A stretch of DNA of 64,000 nucleotides from Kiritimatiellia bacterium. Lineage in GTDB: Bacteria > Verrucomicrobiota > Kiritimatiellia > RFP12 > UBA1067. The stretch is taken from NCBI GenBank assembly GCA_041673345.1, contig JBAYXX010000008.1, positions 627 through 64,626 of the forward strand. The letters are read 5' to 3'. Below are positions 28,813 to 38,194 of this stretch, in pieces; position 1 is the first letter of the stretch, and every line of letters begins with the position of its first letter. The position numbers were made by a program, and so were the translations under genes. Below the pieces are notes generated by a model. It did no database searches and was not told the origin of the DNA. It saw only the letters and a program-made list of their open reading frames with translations.

Positions 28813-31811
28813 CGTCTCAACGGAGTCTCCCCTTGGCTGATAACTGTCACATTTGCCCGTGAGCGTATGGCGGATGCGTCGCATCCAAATGTTATATTAT
28901 TGTCACCTGCCGCAATCACCGGGAGTTCGCCTTCCAGCTTCACTTGCTGAATCAACTCGCGCTTGGGTCCGTACAGCCGACAGTCGTCCCGTCCGTAAAG
29001 TTCGAGATAACACCCGCTTTCTATCTCCACTGGAAACATAATCGTCTGTCCCCCGACCGTAATCGTAGGCTTTCGAATCTTGTTATTAATCAAAGGCAGT
29101 GCCTTGACGGGGCTTAAGTAACAGGTGACTTGCTGGTGAACAGGAACATGGTTATACCAAAGATGCAACCATTCCACATTTTTAAAACTCAGCTTTTCAC
29201 GATACTGTGAATAAATGCAGCGGCCGTAGGGCCATGAGAAATCTTCAAACCTTTCGGATTCCGGCTCGACGAATTCGAAGTAACGCCAACCCGTGAAGTC
29301 TACAATCACGTAATGGTCGGCGTGGGCTTCAAAAGGTTTTGGTGAGCCGAGCTGGAAATTCATGACCTCACCCTTGCCGTCGCCGTGAATCCAGACCCCC
29401 ATTCCCTGATATTTGTCGAGATCCAAGGGGGTGGCGAAGGTTTTCCCTGTTCGAAGCCAGGATCCCTGCTGCGGCCGATAGATCCGTTCCGCATGATCAA
29501 ACAAAGAGTATCTATCCCCAGGATCCGAGGTGTACACGCGTTTTGATGAACCGGCATTCTTCGCACTCCAGCAACCGCTGACATCACCTACCTTAACTGG
29601 GTCTGATGCTGGCCTGATATCCCCGGTCAAACCAGGAGCCGCAGCCTGATACGAGTAAGTCTTCCCGCTATTCAGAATGATCTCAGTGGAATTACGCTCA
29701 TTAAACTCATCCGGCTTCTGGAAGTCAGCAAGGATGATGTTTTCCGCAGCATTATATGGCCCGGCGGACATTAACGCCTGGATACGAATCTTAAGAGGTT
29801 GAGTACCGAACTTGTTCTTGTAACGCCAGACATTGGTTACGCCGTCAACGGCCTCAACTTTGTGCCGGGCATATTGCCTCGGAAGAAACTCCCACTCGCC
29901 ATCCGCAGCCTGTCTCAGCGTAAATTCAGCACCTGGCTCGCGGAGCTTCGCCTTGACCGCTTCCGGGAAATATTTCTGCTGGCGCAGGGTTTCATATCTC
30001 TTGATGATCGGTGCCACCTGATGCAGCCATGGCTCTTTCGCATACATGTCAGGGTTGACGGTTTGCAACGAATAGCTGGAATCCGTGCCGAGTCCTTTGC
30101 ACCACATGTACTCGACATCGTCATCGAACGTGACATCATGCGCCGAGTCGACCCATGCCAGCACCCGGGACCAGCCCAGGTGTCGCGGCATAAAAATACG
30201 CCGACAACCCTCGTTTGAATCACAGTGAATATCGATAAATTTTTTATGCGCGCGAACCGCATGATCCCACGCTTGCAGACGGGAGCGCACAAACCACAGG
30301 TGGTGATGAAAGGTGGCCATTTCCATCATGGTCGGCCGAGTGAAGCACTTATAGACTTCAAAGGCAAACTTGGTGCCATAGTGCCACCGATTCTCTTCGC
30401 CTCCAATGACGTGCGCGCCATCGAGTCCGTCGAGGTAGGTGAAGTCAAAACCGCATTCGTTTATGACCGTTGAGATCCGGTTGGCCACCTCGCTGAACAG
30501 CGTAGAATCACCATCCGGCAGGAAACACCCCCAGCACTCTTTAAGATGGTGAACCTTCGCGCCTTTAGCGTGGGGCACGGGTTGGGTTCCGCAAGCGCCG
30601 CGCTTGCATTTGGCCACACCGTAAGGGCGGGTATCGTTGACGATGCTGTACTCAATCAATTCATCGTCGATCTGCAAGGTCATACTGCGGCGGATAAAAT
30701 AAGTGATATACTTTGGCAGATCAATGGTCGGTTCGTCCACTTGCAGGGCGGTATCGCCCGCGCCGATGGCGTTTGTAAGCGTGTAACTGCGTTCCTTGGC
30801 CAGCCGTGGATCCGGAACTGGCGTAACCCAGGCACAGCGCTTGTTGATTGAGAAGGACATAGTATGCAGCCCGGCAAGGATGCCGGCGGCGTGTAGTTTA
30901 TCGATCACGGCCTTCACGCTGCGGCGGCCCTTAGGATACAGTGCCGGAAAAGGTTCATAATCGCCGTAGTTCAGGGATCCGCAGAAATCGATCTGTGTGA
31001 AGCCCAAAGCGCGGCAGAGATCGATCCATGAATCGACCGTCTTTTCAGTGGGCACACCGAACAGGTAACTGCCATAGGGAAGGTTGCTGTCCATGGCCCA
31101 CGGCCCGCCCAGAGGCGAGTGCGGCATGCCCGGCGCGGCACCAACCATGACCTTCAGCGCCTCGCGCATATCCGCGTAAGGGCAGGCGACCAACCCGACC
31201 TGTGCGCCTGTCAAACCGAAACGACGATAACAAGCCGCCCACAGATGCTGCTGCGGTCCGGGAAGCTCTTCAACATTGGTTAGAAGATTGAGTGCCAGCG
31301 TTCCAGCCGAAAACACCTCATCGGCCTTGACCTGCAGAGTGGTCGGAAGGTTTACAAACACCAGCTCATCGACCGCGCCCGCGATGGATTCGACCTCAAA
31401 AATAAAGTAATGGGAGTGGATCTCGACCTTGATGACCGCGCTGGTTCTGGAGTGCCCGAATTTAATGGTTATCCGGCCATCGGCATATGAAACAGCTGTG
31501 GCATCGTAGACACGCCCATTTTTCTTTATCTGTGCGCAGGCTGACCGTGGACAGCCCTCAATATAATCAATGCCCGTTTGTTTGCTGGTGAACGTCAGAT
31601 TGCGTCCATCACTGCCAATAACATATTTAACGAACTGGTTCTCAAGAGTGAGAGCCTTGTTGCTAAAAGATGGCAGGGCAAATCCGCCAACCGTGACCGC
31701 ACCGAAACTCAGCATGAACCTGCGGCGGCTGATCCCGCCTAAAGAAGCATCGGGGCCGGAATAGTTGTAGAGCAAAGTGTTGTCCTGTTGTGTATCTGTA
31801 AGCATAACCAT
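28809..31811 (-). CDS. Tat-exported ~1000-aa hypothetical glycoside-hydrolase-like protein (paralog of 39741..42698)
   Basis: SRRRFML; YGSYL, KLHAAGI..GLHT, INECGFDFTYLDGLDG, RSRLQAWD shared with the paralog. Confidence 0.7.
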   Translation of the reverse strand: MVMLTDTQQDNTLLYNYSGPDASLGGISRRRFMLSFGAVTVGGFALPSFSNKALTLENQFVKYVIGSDGRNLTFTSKQTGIDYIEGCPRSACAQIKKNGRVYDATAVSYADGRITIKFGHSRTSAVIKVEIHSHYFIFEVESIAGAVDELVFVNLPTTLQVKADEVFSAGTLALNLLTNVEELPGPQQHLWAACYRRFGLTGAQVGLVACPYADMREALKVMVGAAPGMPHSPLGGPWAMDSNLPYGSYLFGVPTEKTVDSWIDLCRALGFTQIDFCGSLNYGDYEPFPALYPKGRRSVKAVIDKLHAAGILAGLHTMSFSINKRCAWVTPVPDPRLAKERSYTLTNAIGAGDTALQVDEPTIDLPKYITYFIRRSMTLQIDDELIEYSIVNDTRPYGVAKCKRGACGTQPVPHAKGAKVHHLKECWGCFLPDGDSTLFSEVANRISTVINECGFDFTYLDGLDGAHVIGGEENRWHYGTKFAFEVYKCFTRPTMMEMATFHHHLWFVRSRLQAWDHAVRAHKKFIDIHCDSNEGCRRIFMPRHLGWSRVLAWVDSAHDVTFDDDVEYMWCKGLGTDSSYSLQTVNPDMYAKEPWLHQVAPIIKRYETLRQQKYFPEAVKAKLREPGAEFTLRQAADGEWEFLPRQYARHKVEAVDGVTNVWRYKNKFGTQPLKIRIQALMSAGPYNAAENIILADFQKPDEFNERNSTEIILNSGKTYSYQAAAPGLTGDIRPASDPVKVGDVSGCWSAKNAGSSKRVYTSDPGDRYSLFDHAERIYRPQQGSWLRTGKTFATPLDLDKYQGMGVWIHGDGKGEVMNFQLGSPKPFEAHADHYVIVDFTGWRYFEFVEPESERFEDFSWPYGRCIYSQYREKLSFKNVEWLHLWYNHVPVHQQVTCYLSPVKALPLINNKIRKPTITVGGQTIMFPVEIESGCYLELYGRDDCRLYGPKRELIQQVKLEGELPVIAAGDNNITFGCDASAIRSRANVTVISQGETPLRR

Positions 31812-31895
31812 TTTCCTTGTTTAAAAACTAATGATTACTCATGTAATCAGAATTCATATTACTTCTCTGCTTGAAATATAGAAGCGCTAACATCG

Positions 31896-32147
31896 TCAAA
31901 CAGGAACGCACTGTCACTGATCCTGCTCATGCCAGCCGTTAATTGAGTAGAGTCCCCAGTGAACGAACATCCCGAAGCGTTTCTGAAACCATCAATCGCG
32001 TCCGTCACCAAAACGCGGCACCCGTGCTGCTGGCCCAGAGTTGAAAAATAACGGTGCCGCTGACGAGGCGGTCGAAACAGCGGAGAGTAAACTTATTGCA
32101 GGTAAACTTCCGGCTGCCTTCAGGAATCTTCGTCTATTCAAAGTCAT
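31896..32147 (-). pseudogene. GH29 alpha-L-fucosidase 5' remnant with Tat signal
   Basis: AAGGAG SD, MTLNRRRFLK...PRFGDGRD*WFQKRFGMFVHWGLYSINGWHEQDQ*; TGA at 31994-31992 and 31916-31914; similarity is lost afterwards. Confidence 0.85.
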
Positions 32148-32164
32148 ATCTCCTTCTGATTTTC

Positions 32165-33028
32165 TCAGACAGTGAGGCGAGTAAGGAATGCGCGAGCTTT
32201 AGCCGCTTCGGCGGCTAAGTGTGGCAATTCGCCTGGGGAGAGGCACTCTACCACCAAAGGACCCTGGGTGAACCCGCCTTGTTTAAGGCGGGCGAATACC
32301 TTGGCGAAATTGACGATACCGGTGCCGGGCGTGATGGAAACCTCCTTTGGTGGACGGAAGTCTTTGACGCTCATACCAGCCACAACGCCGTCAACCGCGG
32401 CGGCATCATTGACCGGATCGAGGGCGCCATCAGAGTAATAAAAGATGTTGCCAGGATCATACCAGAGACGGAAGCTCTTGTGGTTGATCTGGTCGATAAT
32501 CCTCCGACAAAGGGAGCCGTTAGCGTTGTTTCCGCCGTGCGGCTTGACGCTCAAGACAACTCGCTTCTCAGCCGCGTAATCGCAACAGTCAGCCACGATG
32601 CCATAATAAGCCTTGGAACGCTCTTCATTCGTGCCTCCGAGCAGCAAGTGCGGACAGCCGCATGCGGCGCAGTTATCGACCAGACGTTTGAGCCCGTCGG
32701 GGTTGTCCAGCGGAAATCTCCCGCCCCAGAGCGAAAGCAAGCCTAATCCGCGCTGTTTGGCCTCAGCACCGACCGAAGCGGCCTCTTCCAACGTGGAGTC
32801 AACACTGAGAACAAGCTTGTTTTTACTCTTGGTGGTCATCAGTCCCGCGTACTTGAAGCCCGCGGCGGCAATCGCGTCAAGCGCGACACGGTAGTCATAC
32901 TCAGCCCACGGACGGGTATAACAGCCGATTTGGAAAAGAGAAGCACCAGATGACGGGGGTGCGCTCTGTACGGGTAGTGAAGCCAAGGCGGCGGATAGAC
33001 CGCCCAAAAAATGACGTCGTGTGTTCAT
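32165..33028 (-). CDS. Tat-exported sugar-phosphate isomerase/epimerase-family (xylose isomerase-like TIM barrel) protein
   Basis: MNTRRHFL; KPHGG, WYDPGN, SVKD, TPGTG-VNF, VVEC metal-site motifs. Confidence 0.82.
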   Translation of the reverse strand: MNTRRHFLGGLSAALASLPVQSAPPSSGASLFQIGCYTRPWAEYDYRVALDAIAAAGFKYAGLMTTKSKNKLVLSVDSTLEEAASVGAEAKQRGLGLLSLWGGRFPLDNPDGLKRLVDNCAACGCPHLLLGGTNEERSKAYYGIVADCCDYAAEKRVVLSVKPHGGNNANGSLCRRIIDQINHKSFRLWYDPGNIFYYSDGALDPVNDAAAVDGVVAGMSVKDFRPPKEVSITPGTGIVNFAKVFARLKQGGFTQGPLVVECLSPGELPHLAAEAAKARAFLTRLTV

Positions 33029-33098
33029 GAAAATACCTTTCTTGCAGGGAGGGATGTCCCGAACTGTTCCTAGCATATCCGGGAAGACCACACCTCTT

Positions 33099-34367
33099 TT
33101 ATGCTGTTGTGATTTTGCGTTTCAGTGGATCGTAAATGGTCTTGCGCCCGGTTTCGTAAGATTCCATGGCCATGAGTACAGCCACGGCGTGCTGGTAACC
33201 AGCATCGATGGATGCGTTGGGTGTCTCGCCGCTGCGTAAACACTGGAGCCAGTTGAGGTAGTGGTCCGGATGGTCTACGGGCTTAACGTCGTTCTTGCCG
33301 CGAATGGTGCCATCGCGGCGCGGCGAGCCCTCGCAGTTATAAGTTGGCGCGGCCCAGTTATCCACACTGAGCACACCCTTATCGCCATAAAACTTACGGG
33401 TGTTTCCGCCACTGTTTCCCATGTTGTTGGCGACACTGACAAGAAATCCTTCGGGATAAACCCATGTGGCCTGGATACAGTCGGGGTTGGTGAACTTGTG
33501 TTCATCCTTCCATGTATAGGTCCCGCCGAGGCAGACGCACGACAAAGGAAATTTGGTGCCGGTGATAAAATGCATCATGTCAATGAAGTGGGCGCCGAAG
33601 CCGGGGGTTGGGCCTTTTGAGAATTCATAATACCCGTACCACCCTGAATAGAGATCAGCGCGGAACAGGCGCATGGGGCGTCCGTTCAGAAACTCCTTCC
33701 AGTCAACGTCTTCCTCTTTGACATCTTTGAGGTAGCGGTACCAGTAGGGTTTTTCGCTGTTGCGACACTCCTCAACGCGCGAGAGCTGACCGAAAATACC
33801 GGTGCGGAAAAGGTCACGCGCGCCGACGATGCCAGGGAGGCTGCGAAGCTGGGTGCCGACCTGAACAACAGTTCCCGCCGCTTTGACGGCATCGACCGCT
33901 CGCACAAGGCCGTCGAAGTCGTAGGCCATCGGTTTTTCAACATAGATGTGTTTGCCAGCGCGGGCAGCGGCCTCGAGGTGCAGCGTATGCACATGGTCGG
34001 GCGAAGCGATGGTGACTGCATCCAACTCTTTGCAATCAAGCAACTGACGGTATGAGACGCACTGGAGTGCGTCACGACCAAACCACTCTTTAGCCATACC
34101 GTTGGCCTCTTCGCGGGCGATGCGCCATGGGTCTGCGACTGCGACAACCTCGAAGTTCATCGCCTCAAGATGTTTATAGAGGCCCTTCATGTGGGCGTTG
34201 CGTCCGCGGTCGCCGCAGCCGATAATGCCGATACGGATACGATCATTGGCACCGATTGAACGACGCCGGGTGGCGGCGGAAACGCACGAAGACAGTGCAG
34301 TTGCCGCGGCCGTCGCACCTGCGGTTTTCAGTAAATTCCGACGGGATATCTGATCTTTCATACTCAT
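33099..34367 (-). CDS. Tat-exported Gfo/Idh/MocA family oxidoreductase
   Basis: SRRNLLK; IGIIGCGDRG, ASPDHVH, YVEKP, QVGTQ-RS, GAHFID. Confidence 0.88.
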   Translation of the reverse strand: MSMKDQISRRNLLKTAGATAAATALSSCVSAATRRRSIGANDRIRIGIIGCGDRGRNAHMKGLYKHLEAMNFEVVAVADPWRIAREEANGMAKEWFGRDALQCVSYRQLLDCKELDAVTIASPDHVHTLHLEAAARAGKHIYVEKPMAYDFDGLVRAVDAVKAAGTVVQVGTQLRSLPGIVGARDLFRTGIFGQLSRVEECRNSEKPYWYRYLKDVKEEDVDWKEFLNGRPMRLFRADLYSGWYGYYEFSKGPTPGFGAHFIDMMHFITGTKFPLSCVCLGGTYTWKDEHKFTNPDCIQATWVYPEGFLVSVANNMGNSGGNTRKFYGDKGVLSVDNWAAPTYNCEGSPRRDGTIRGKNDVKPVDHPDHYLNWLQCLRSGETPNASIDAGYQHAVAVLMAMESYETGRKTIYDPLKRKITTA

Positions 34368-34412
34368 TTCCTTACTGTTTGCGATTAATATATTTTTAAA
34401 CTGTTGACAGGG

Positions 34413-34450
34413 ATATAACCAGAAATCTCGGAATTGCGCAAGATGTTTTT
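34413..34450 (-). promoter_or_regulatory. 38-bp promoter-like element, left arm of an inverted pair
   Basis: Minus strand AAAAACATCTTGCGCAATTCCGAGATTTCTGGTTATAT; 33/38 identical to 35873-35910; TTGCGC-18-TATAT. Confidence 0.7.
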
Positions 34451-34535
34451 GTGAATATTTTTTAGAGGCTGACCAGTTTTTATCTAAAAAATATCGCGTG
34501 CATAGATGAACTCTTCTTTTAGGTATGTTTTAAGA

Positions 34536-35645
34536 TCATCCAGATCCGGGATTTTCACGCGCTGTGACAATCACATTCTCCGGGGCCACCCACGCCTGAG
34601 CCGGTGCCCCTGCTTGCAATACGCCCTGGCGTGGATTCAGCTCAAACCCCCTCATCGCATAGCTTCCACCGCCTGCTAAAGGCAATACGATCTGATGCTC
34701 GGCAACCTCGCCCAGATAAACGCTCTCTTGAAAAACGCCGCGCAACAAATTGGCAGCATCCAATGCTGGTTGATCAAAGCGCAGCGATTCTGGACGCAGA
34801 CAGACCGAGACCTGATCACCACACTTCAGCTTGGGAGAAAATGTGGTTGAGGCAAGTTTGCCGAGCAGAGTCTGAATCTTAGCGCAGCCATTGCTCTGCT
34901 CTGTAATCTTTCCCTCGATAAAGTTCGCCTCGCCCATAAATCCAGCGACAAAGCGGTTGGCAGGATGGCGATACACCTGCTGCGGCGTACCGATCTGCTC
35001 AATCATTCCGTTACGCATCACAGCCATACGGTCGGCAATCGAGAGCGCCTCCTTCTGATCGTGAGTCACATAGATCGCGGTCAACCCCGCCTCCTTGCAG
35101 ATACGCCGGATCTCAATCCGCATCTCCAAACGCAGCTTGGCATCCAGATTAGAGAGCGGTTCATCCAGCAGCAGACACTGCGGCTCAACCACCAGCGCCC
35201 GAGCGAGCGCGACCCGCTGTTGCTCGCCACCGGAGAGTTCATTGGGCTTTGTTTTAGCCCGGTCAGCGAGATGCACCAGCTCCAGTGCCCGCCGCACCCG
35301 TTTTCTGGTTTCCACCCGTGAGAACCGTCGCATCTCAAGTCCGAACGCGACATTCTCTTCAAGGGTCATATGCGGCCAAAGCGCATAGCTTTGAAACATC
35401 ATACCTGTATCACGTTTGTAAGGCGGCAGCTGCGTAACATCACGCCCCCCAATCAGGATGCGCCCACTCTCCGGCATGTGGAAGCCAGCCACGCAACGCA
35501 GCAAAGTTGTCTTGCCACACCCGCTGGGACCTAACAGAAAAAAAAGCTCCCCTGGTTCAACCTCCAAGGAGACATCCCGCAGGGCTGTGAAACCCCCAAA
35601 TCTTTTAACAACCCGATCAACAACAACTGCAACGGCAACTGACAT
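34536..35645 (-). CDS. ABC transporter ATP-binding protein (PotA/FbpC/MalK-like, C-terminal TOBE domain)
   Basis: Walker A GPSGCGKT, signature LSGGEQQR, Walker B LLLDEP, YVTHDQ; no permease or binding protein nearby. Confidence 0.92.
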   Translation of the reverse strand: MSVAVAVVVDRVVKRFGGFTALRDVSLEVEPGELFFLLGPSGCGKTTLLRCVAGFHMPESGRILIGGRDVTQLPPYKRDTGMMFQSYALWPHMTLEENVAFGLEMRRFSRVETRKRVRRALELVHLADRAKTKPNELSGGEQQRVALARALVVEPQCLLLDEPLSNLDAKLRLEMRIEIRRICKEAGLTAIYVTHDQKEALSIADRMAVMRNGMIEQIGTPQQVYRHPANRFVAGFMGEANFIEGKITEQSNGCAKIQTLLGKLASTTFSPKLKCGDQVSVCLRPESLRFDQPALDAANLLRGVFQESVYLGEVAEHQIVLPLAGGGSYAMRGFELNPRQGVLQAGAPAQAWVAPENVIVTARENPGSG

Positions 35646-35872
35646 ACAATCTATCTCCTAGTGCGGACAGAACCCTAAACACCTATAGCCGAAAAACCTA
35701 AACTCCTGTATCCCTTGGGATACTAGTGATATTCATCTCAAAGGTGGTGAAAGTATAGCAAAGGTGTTTGAGCAATGTCACTCTTTCACGCCCAGAAACT
35801 AACAATTCTCTACCTTTCCCGTCGCTTATTCGCCGCAATACCGCGCTTTATTCTGGCTAAGTCAAAGACGTG

Positions 35873-35910
35873 AAAAACATCTTGCGCAATTTCGTAATTT
35901 TTGTTTATAT
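35873..35910 (+). promoter_or_regulatory. 38-bp promoter-like element, right arm of an inverted pair
   Basis: AAAAACATCTTGCGCAATTTCGTAATTTTTGTTTATAT; first 19 nt exactly match the left arm. Confidence 0.7.
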
Positions 35911-36084
35911 GATTTATTAACGAATGCCTTATGTGTATCTTACGAAACTGGTGGACAGTAAAATTAACATTCAATTTTGCTTTCACCTCGACAAGAAAGT
36001 TATGGCTATGCGGGATTGTTTAAGGTATAAATGCCGGACTTGTACGCGAAAGGGTTTTGAGCCATCCTTGATAAAAAAGACATT

Positions 36085-36843
36085 TTGTTGATTACGGACT
36101 TTGACGGCACCTTATACCGGGGCTCCTGTCCGTTTTTATTCAGAGGGATTGCCAATGCCGACCTCATGGTGGTATTGTGCCTGCTCAACGTTTTCAAGAT
36201 AAAAAGATTCTTTCACCTTATGCTCGGAGTAGCCAAACTCCAGCGGCTTGAACGCCGATTGCGCCGTGAGTACAGGACAGGGGAAATGGCTCTCTCCTAT
36301 GCTGATCAACAGCTGGTTCAGTTTTTTGTGGCCCATATTCTGGCGCACGTTGAAAAGCCGGATATTGACCGAGCCGCCCGTGTGGTTTCTGGCCTGTGTT
36401 ACAAGGCGGCTTGGCACTGTTTCGGTATGCTAAAAGCCCGCTGTGATTTTGTCATTATCAGCAAATCATTTGAGTTCGTGCTGGCGAAAGTGAGCCAAAG
36501 GGCTTCAGGGTACGGAATTGAAATGGGTTATTACGGCAATAAGTCAGGAGATGGTGATGACATGACCCCGCCGCAAGGTTCTGTGCGGGTGAAAGCGGAT
36601 AAGCAAGTCAGGGTCCAAGCCCTGCTGGCAAGCCGGAGCTATAAGAAAGCCATCGTCATCGGAGACACAGAGGATGACATTGTCATGAGGGACACGGCGG
36701 TGGAGGTGCTTGGCAAGTCTAACGTAGTGTTCATTTGCATGTACGCGAAAGACCAGAAGATTGCTGACGCCGCTGATCAATCCTTCACCTCTTGGCAAGC
36801 TGCGGGCACTTATCTTATAAAAATATTCAGTTTGGGACATTGA
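36085..36843 (+). CDS. HAD-superfamily hydrolase (start uncertain)
   Basis: Motif I DFDGT and motif IV GDTEDD; an upstream in-frame ATG (36031) is separated from it by TGA at 36058. Confidence 0.7.
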   Translation: MLITDFDGTLYRGSCPFLFRGIANADLMVVLCLLNVFKIKRFFHLMLGVAKLQRLERRLRREYRTGEMALSYADQQLVQFFVAHILAHVEKPDIDRAARVVSGLCYKAAWHCFGMLKARCDFVIISKSFEFVLAKVSQRASGYGIEMGYYGNKSGDGDDMTPPQGSVRVKADKQVRVQALLASRSYKKAIVIGDTEDDIVMRDTAVEVLGKSNVVFICMYAKDQKIADAADQSFTSWQAAGTYLIKIFSLGH

Positions 36844-36987
36844 CAGGCTCAGCACCCTTTGCTGTTTATGATGTGCATCACCACCGCTGTCTACCAGACG
36901 GCCTGTCCATTGAAGAGGTCACAGAGCTGGCAGTCGCACAACTGCAGAAGCTGGCTGAATTTTTGACTTCTGGGCATTTACAATTTT

Positions 36988-38157
36988 TCAGTAGAAATCC
37001 AGCCCCCGGATTTTGGCCAGCAGCGGCTCCCTTGCGCCTTCAATCTCCACGCGCGTGGAAGCAAACTGCCGCCGCATGGGATAGGTGTTACGCAGCGCGT
37101 CAAAGGCCACAATGCGCTCGGCGCGCCTAGCCGCGCAGGAGACACGCAGACGCTCGGAGTCGGCCTCAATATCGTAAACCTTTAAAACCAGTTCACGCAG
37201 CACATCTTCGTCGCTCCGCCAGACAGGAGACAGTAATGAACCGGCAACCAGCGCATCGACTTTGAGCAAAGGCACCGGCGGCTCGGGGAGTGTGAAGGGG
37301 TAAGAAGGTTCCACGCCCAGAAAATCACAGGCCGCTCGGTAAACCATCGCGGTGCCGTTGACCTTGCCCTCATAGGCATGTCCCGCAATGTGAGGTGTAC
37401 CTAGATCAACCCGCGCCAACAGATCAGCGCGGTAATCGGGCTCCCCCTCCCAGCAGTCAAGTACCGCATACGCGATGCGGTGGCCCAGCACCTCCAGCAG
37501 TGCTTGATTGTCAACCACCTCGCCGCGGGCGGCATTGATCAGAAGTATCCCTGTTTTAACCCGCGCCAGCTCAGCGGCACCCAGTAGATGCACACTCCGG
37601 TCAGCCCCCTCCCGATTGAGTGGCACATGACATGAGATTATATCCGCCTCTGCTAGAATCTGATCCAACGTCACAAAAGAGCGGGCCGCAACGTCCGTCG
37701 TATCACGCTGCCGCGGCGGATCATTAGCTAGTACCCGCATGCCCAGTGCCGTGCAGAATCGGCAAACCTGACGGCCCACATTGCCAATGCCAATAACACC
37801 AATTGTCTTGCCTGCCAGCTCAAAGCCATATCGACCGCCCAGCCACAGCAGAGCGGCGGTCACATAATTACCGACACTGACCGCATTGCAGCCAGGTGCC
37901 GTAGCCCACCGGATTCCCATACGCTCAAGCACCCTAAAATCGATATGGTCTGTACCGATCACCCCGGAACCACAAAACTTGAGCGCGCTGCCCTCCAATA
38001 GAGCCGCGTTGATTTGAGTTGTGGAGCGCGTGACCAGAAGCTCCGCATCCCGCACATCCGCAGCACTGATCTCACGCCCAGGGATCAAAGTCACATCACC
38101 CAGGGTCGAAAATGACTCCAAAGCGTAGGGCATATTTTTATCACAGACAATCTTCAT
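36988..38157 (-). CDS. pdxB: 4-phosphoerythronate dehydrogenase
   Basis: MKIVCDKNMP, LLVTRS, IGTDHID, APGCNA, GIIG-GNVG, HVPL, NAARG, LDCWEGEP, TPHIAGH. Confidence 0.9.
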   Translation of the reverse strand: MKIVCDKNMPYALESFSTLGDVTLIPGREISAADVRDAELLVTRSTTQINAALLEGSALKFCGSGVIGTDHIDFRVLERMGIRWATAPGCNAVSVGNYVTAALLWLGGRYGFELAGKTIGVIGIGNVGRQVCRFCTALGMRVLANDPPRQRDTTDVAARSFVTLDQILAEADIISCHVPLNREGADRSVHLLGAAELARVKTGILLINAARGEVVDNQALLEVLGHRIAYAVLDCWEGEPDYRADLLARVDLGTPHIAGHAYEGKVNGTAMVYRAACDFLGVEPSYPFTLPEPPVPLLKVDALVAGSLLSPVWRSDEDVLRELVLKVYDIEADSERLRVSCAARRAERIVAFDALRNTYPMRRQFASTRVEIEGAREPLLAKIRGLDFY

Positions 38158-38194
38158 AATGAGCTCCAAGCTTTTGGAATTGGGAGAAGCCCAG

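Noticed and set aside
31896-32147. Genome-wide UGA-to-Trp recoding or selenocysteine
   Set aside because: TGA terminates core genes here (aspS, uxs, GH109-like), TGG is used freely, and the gene is also truncated.
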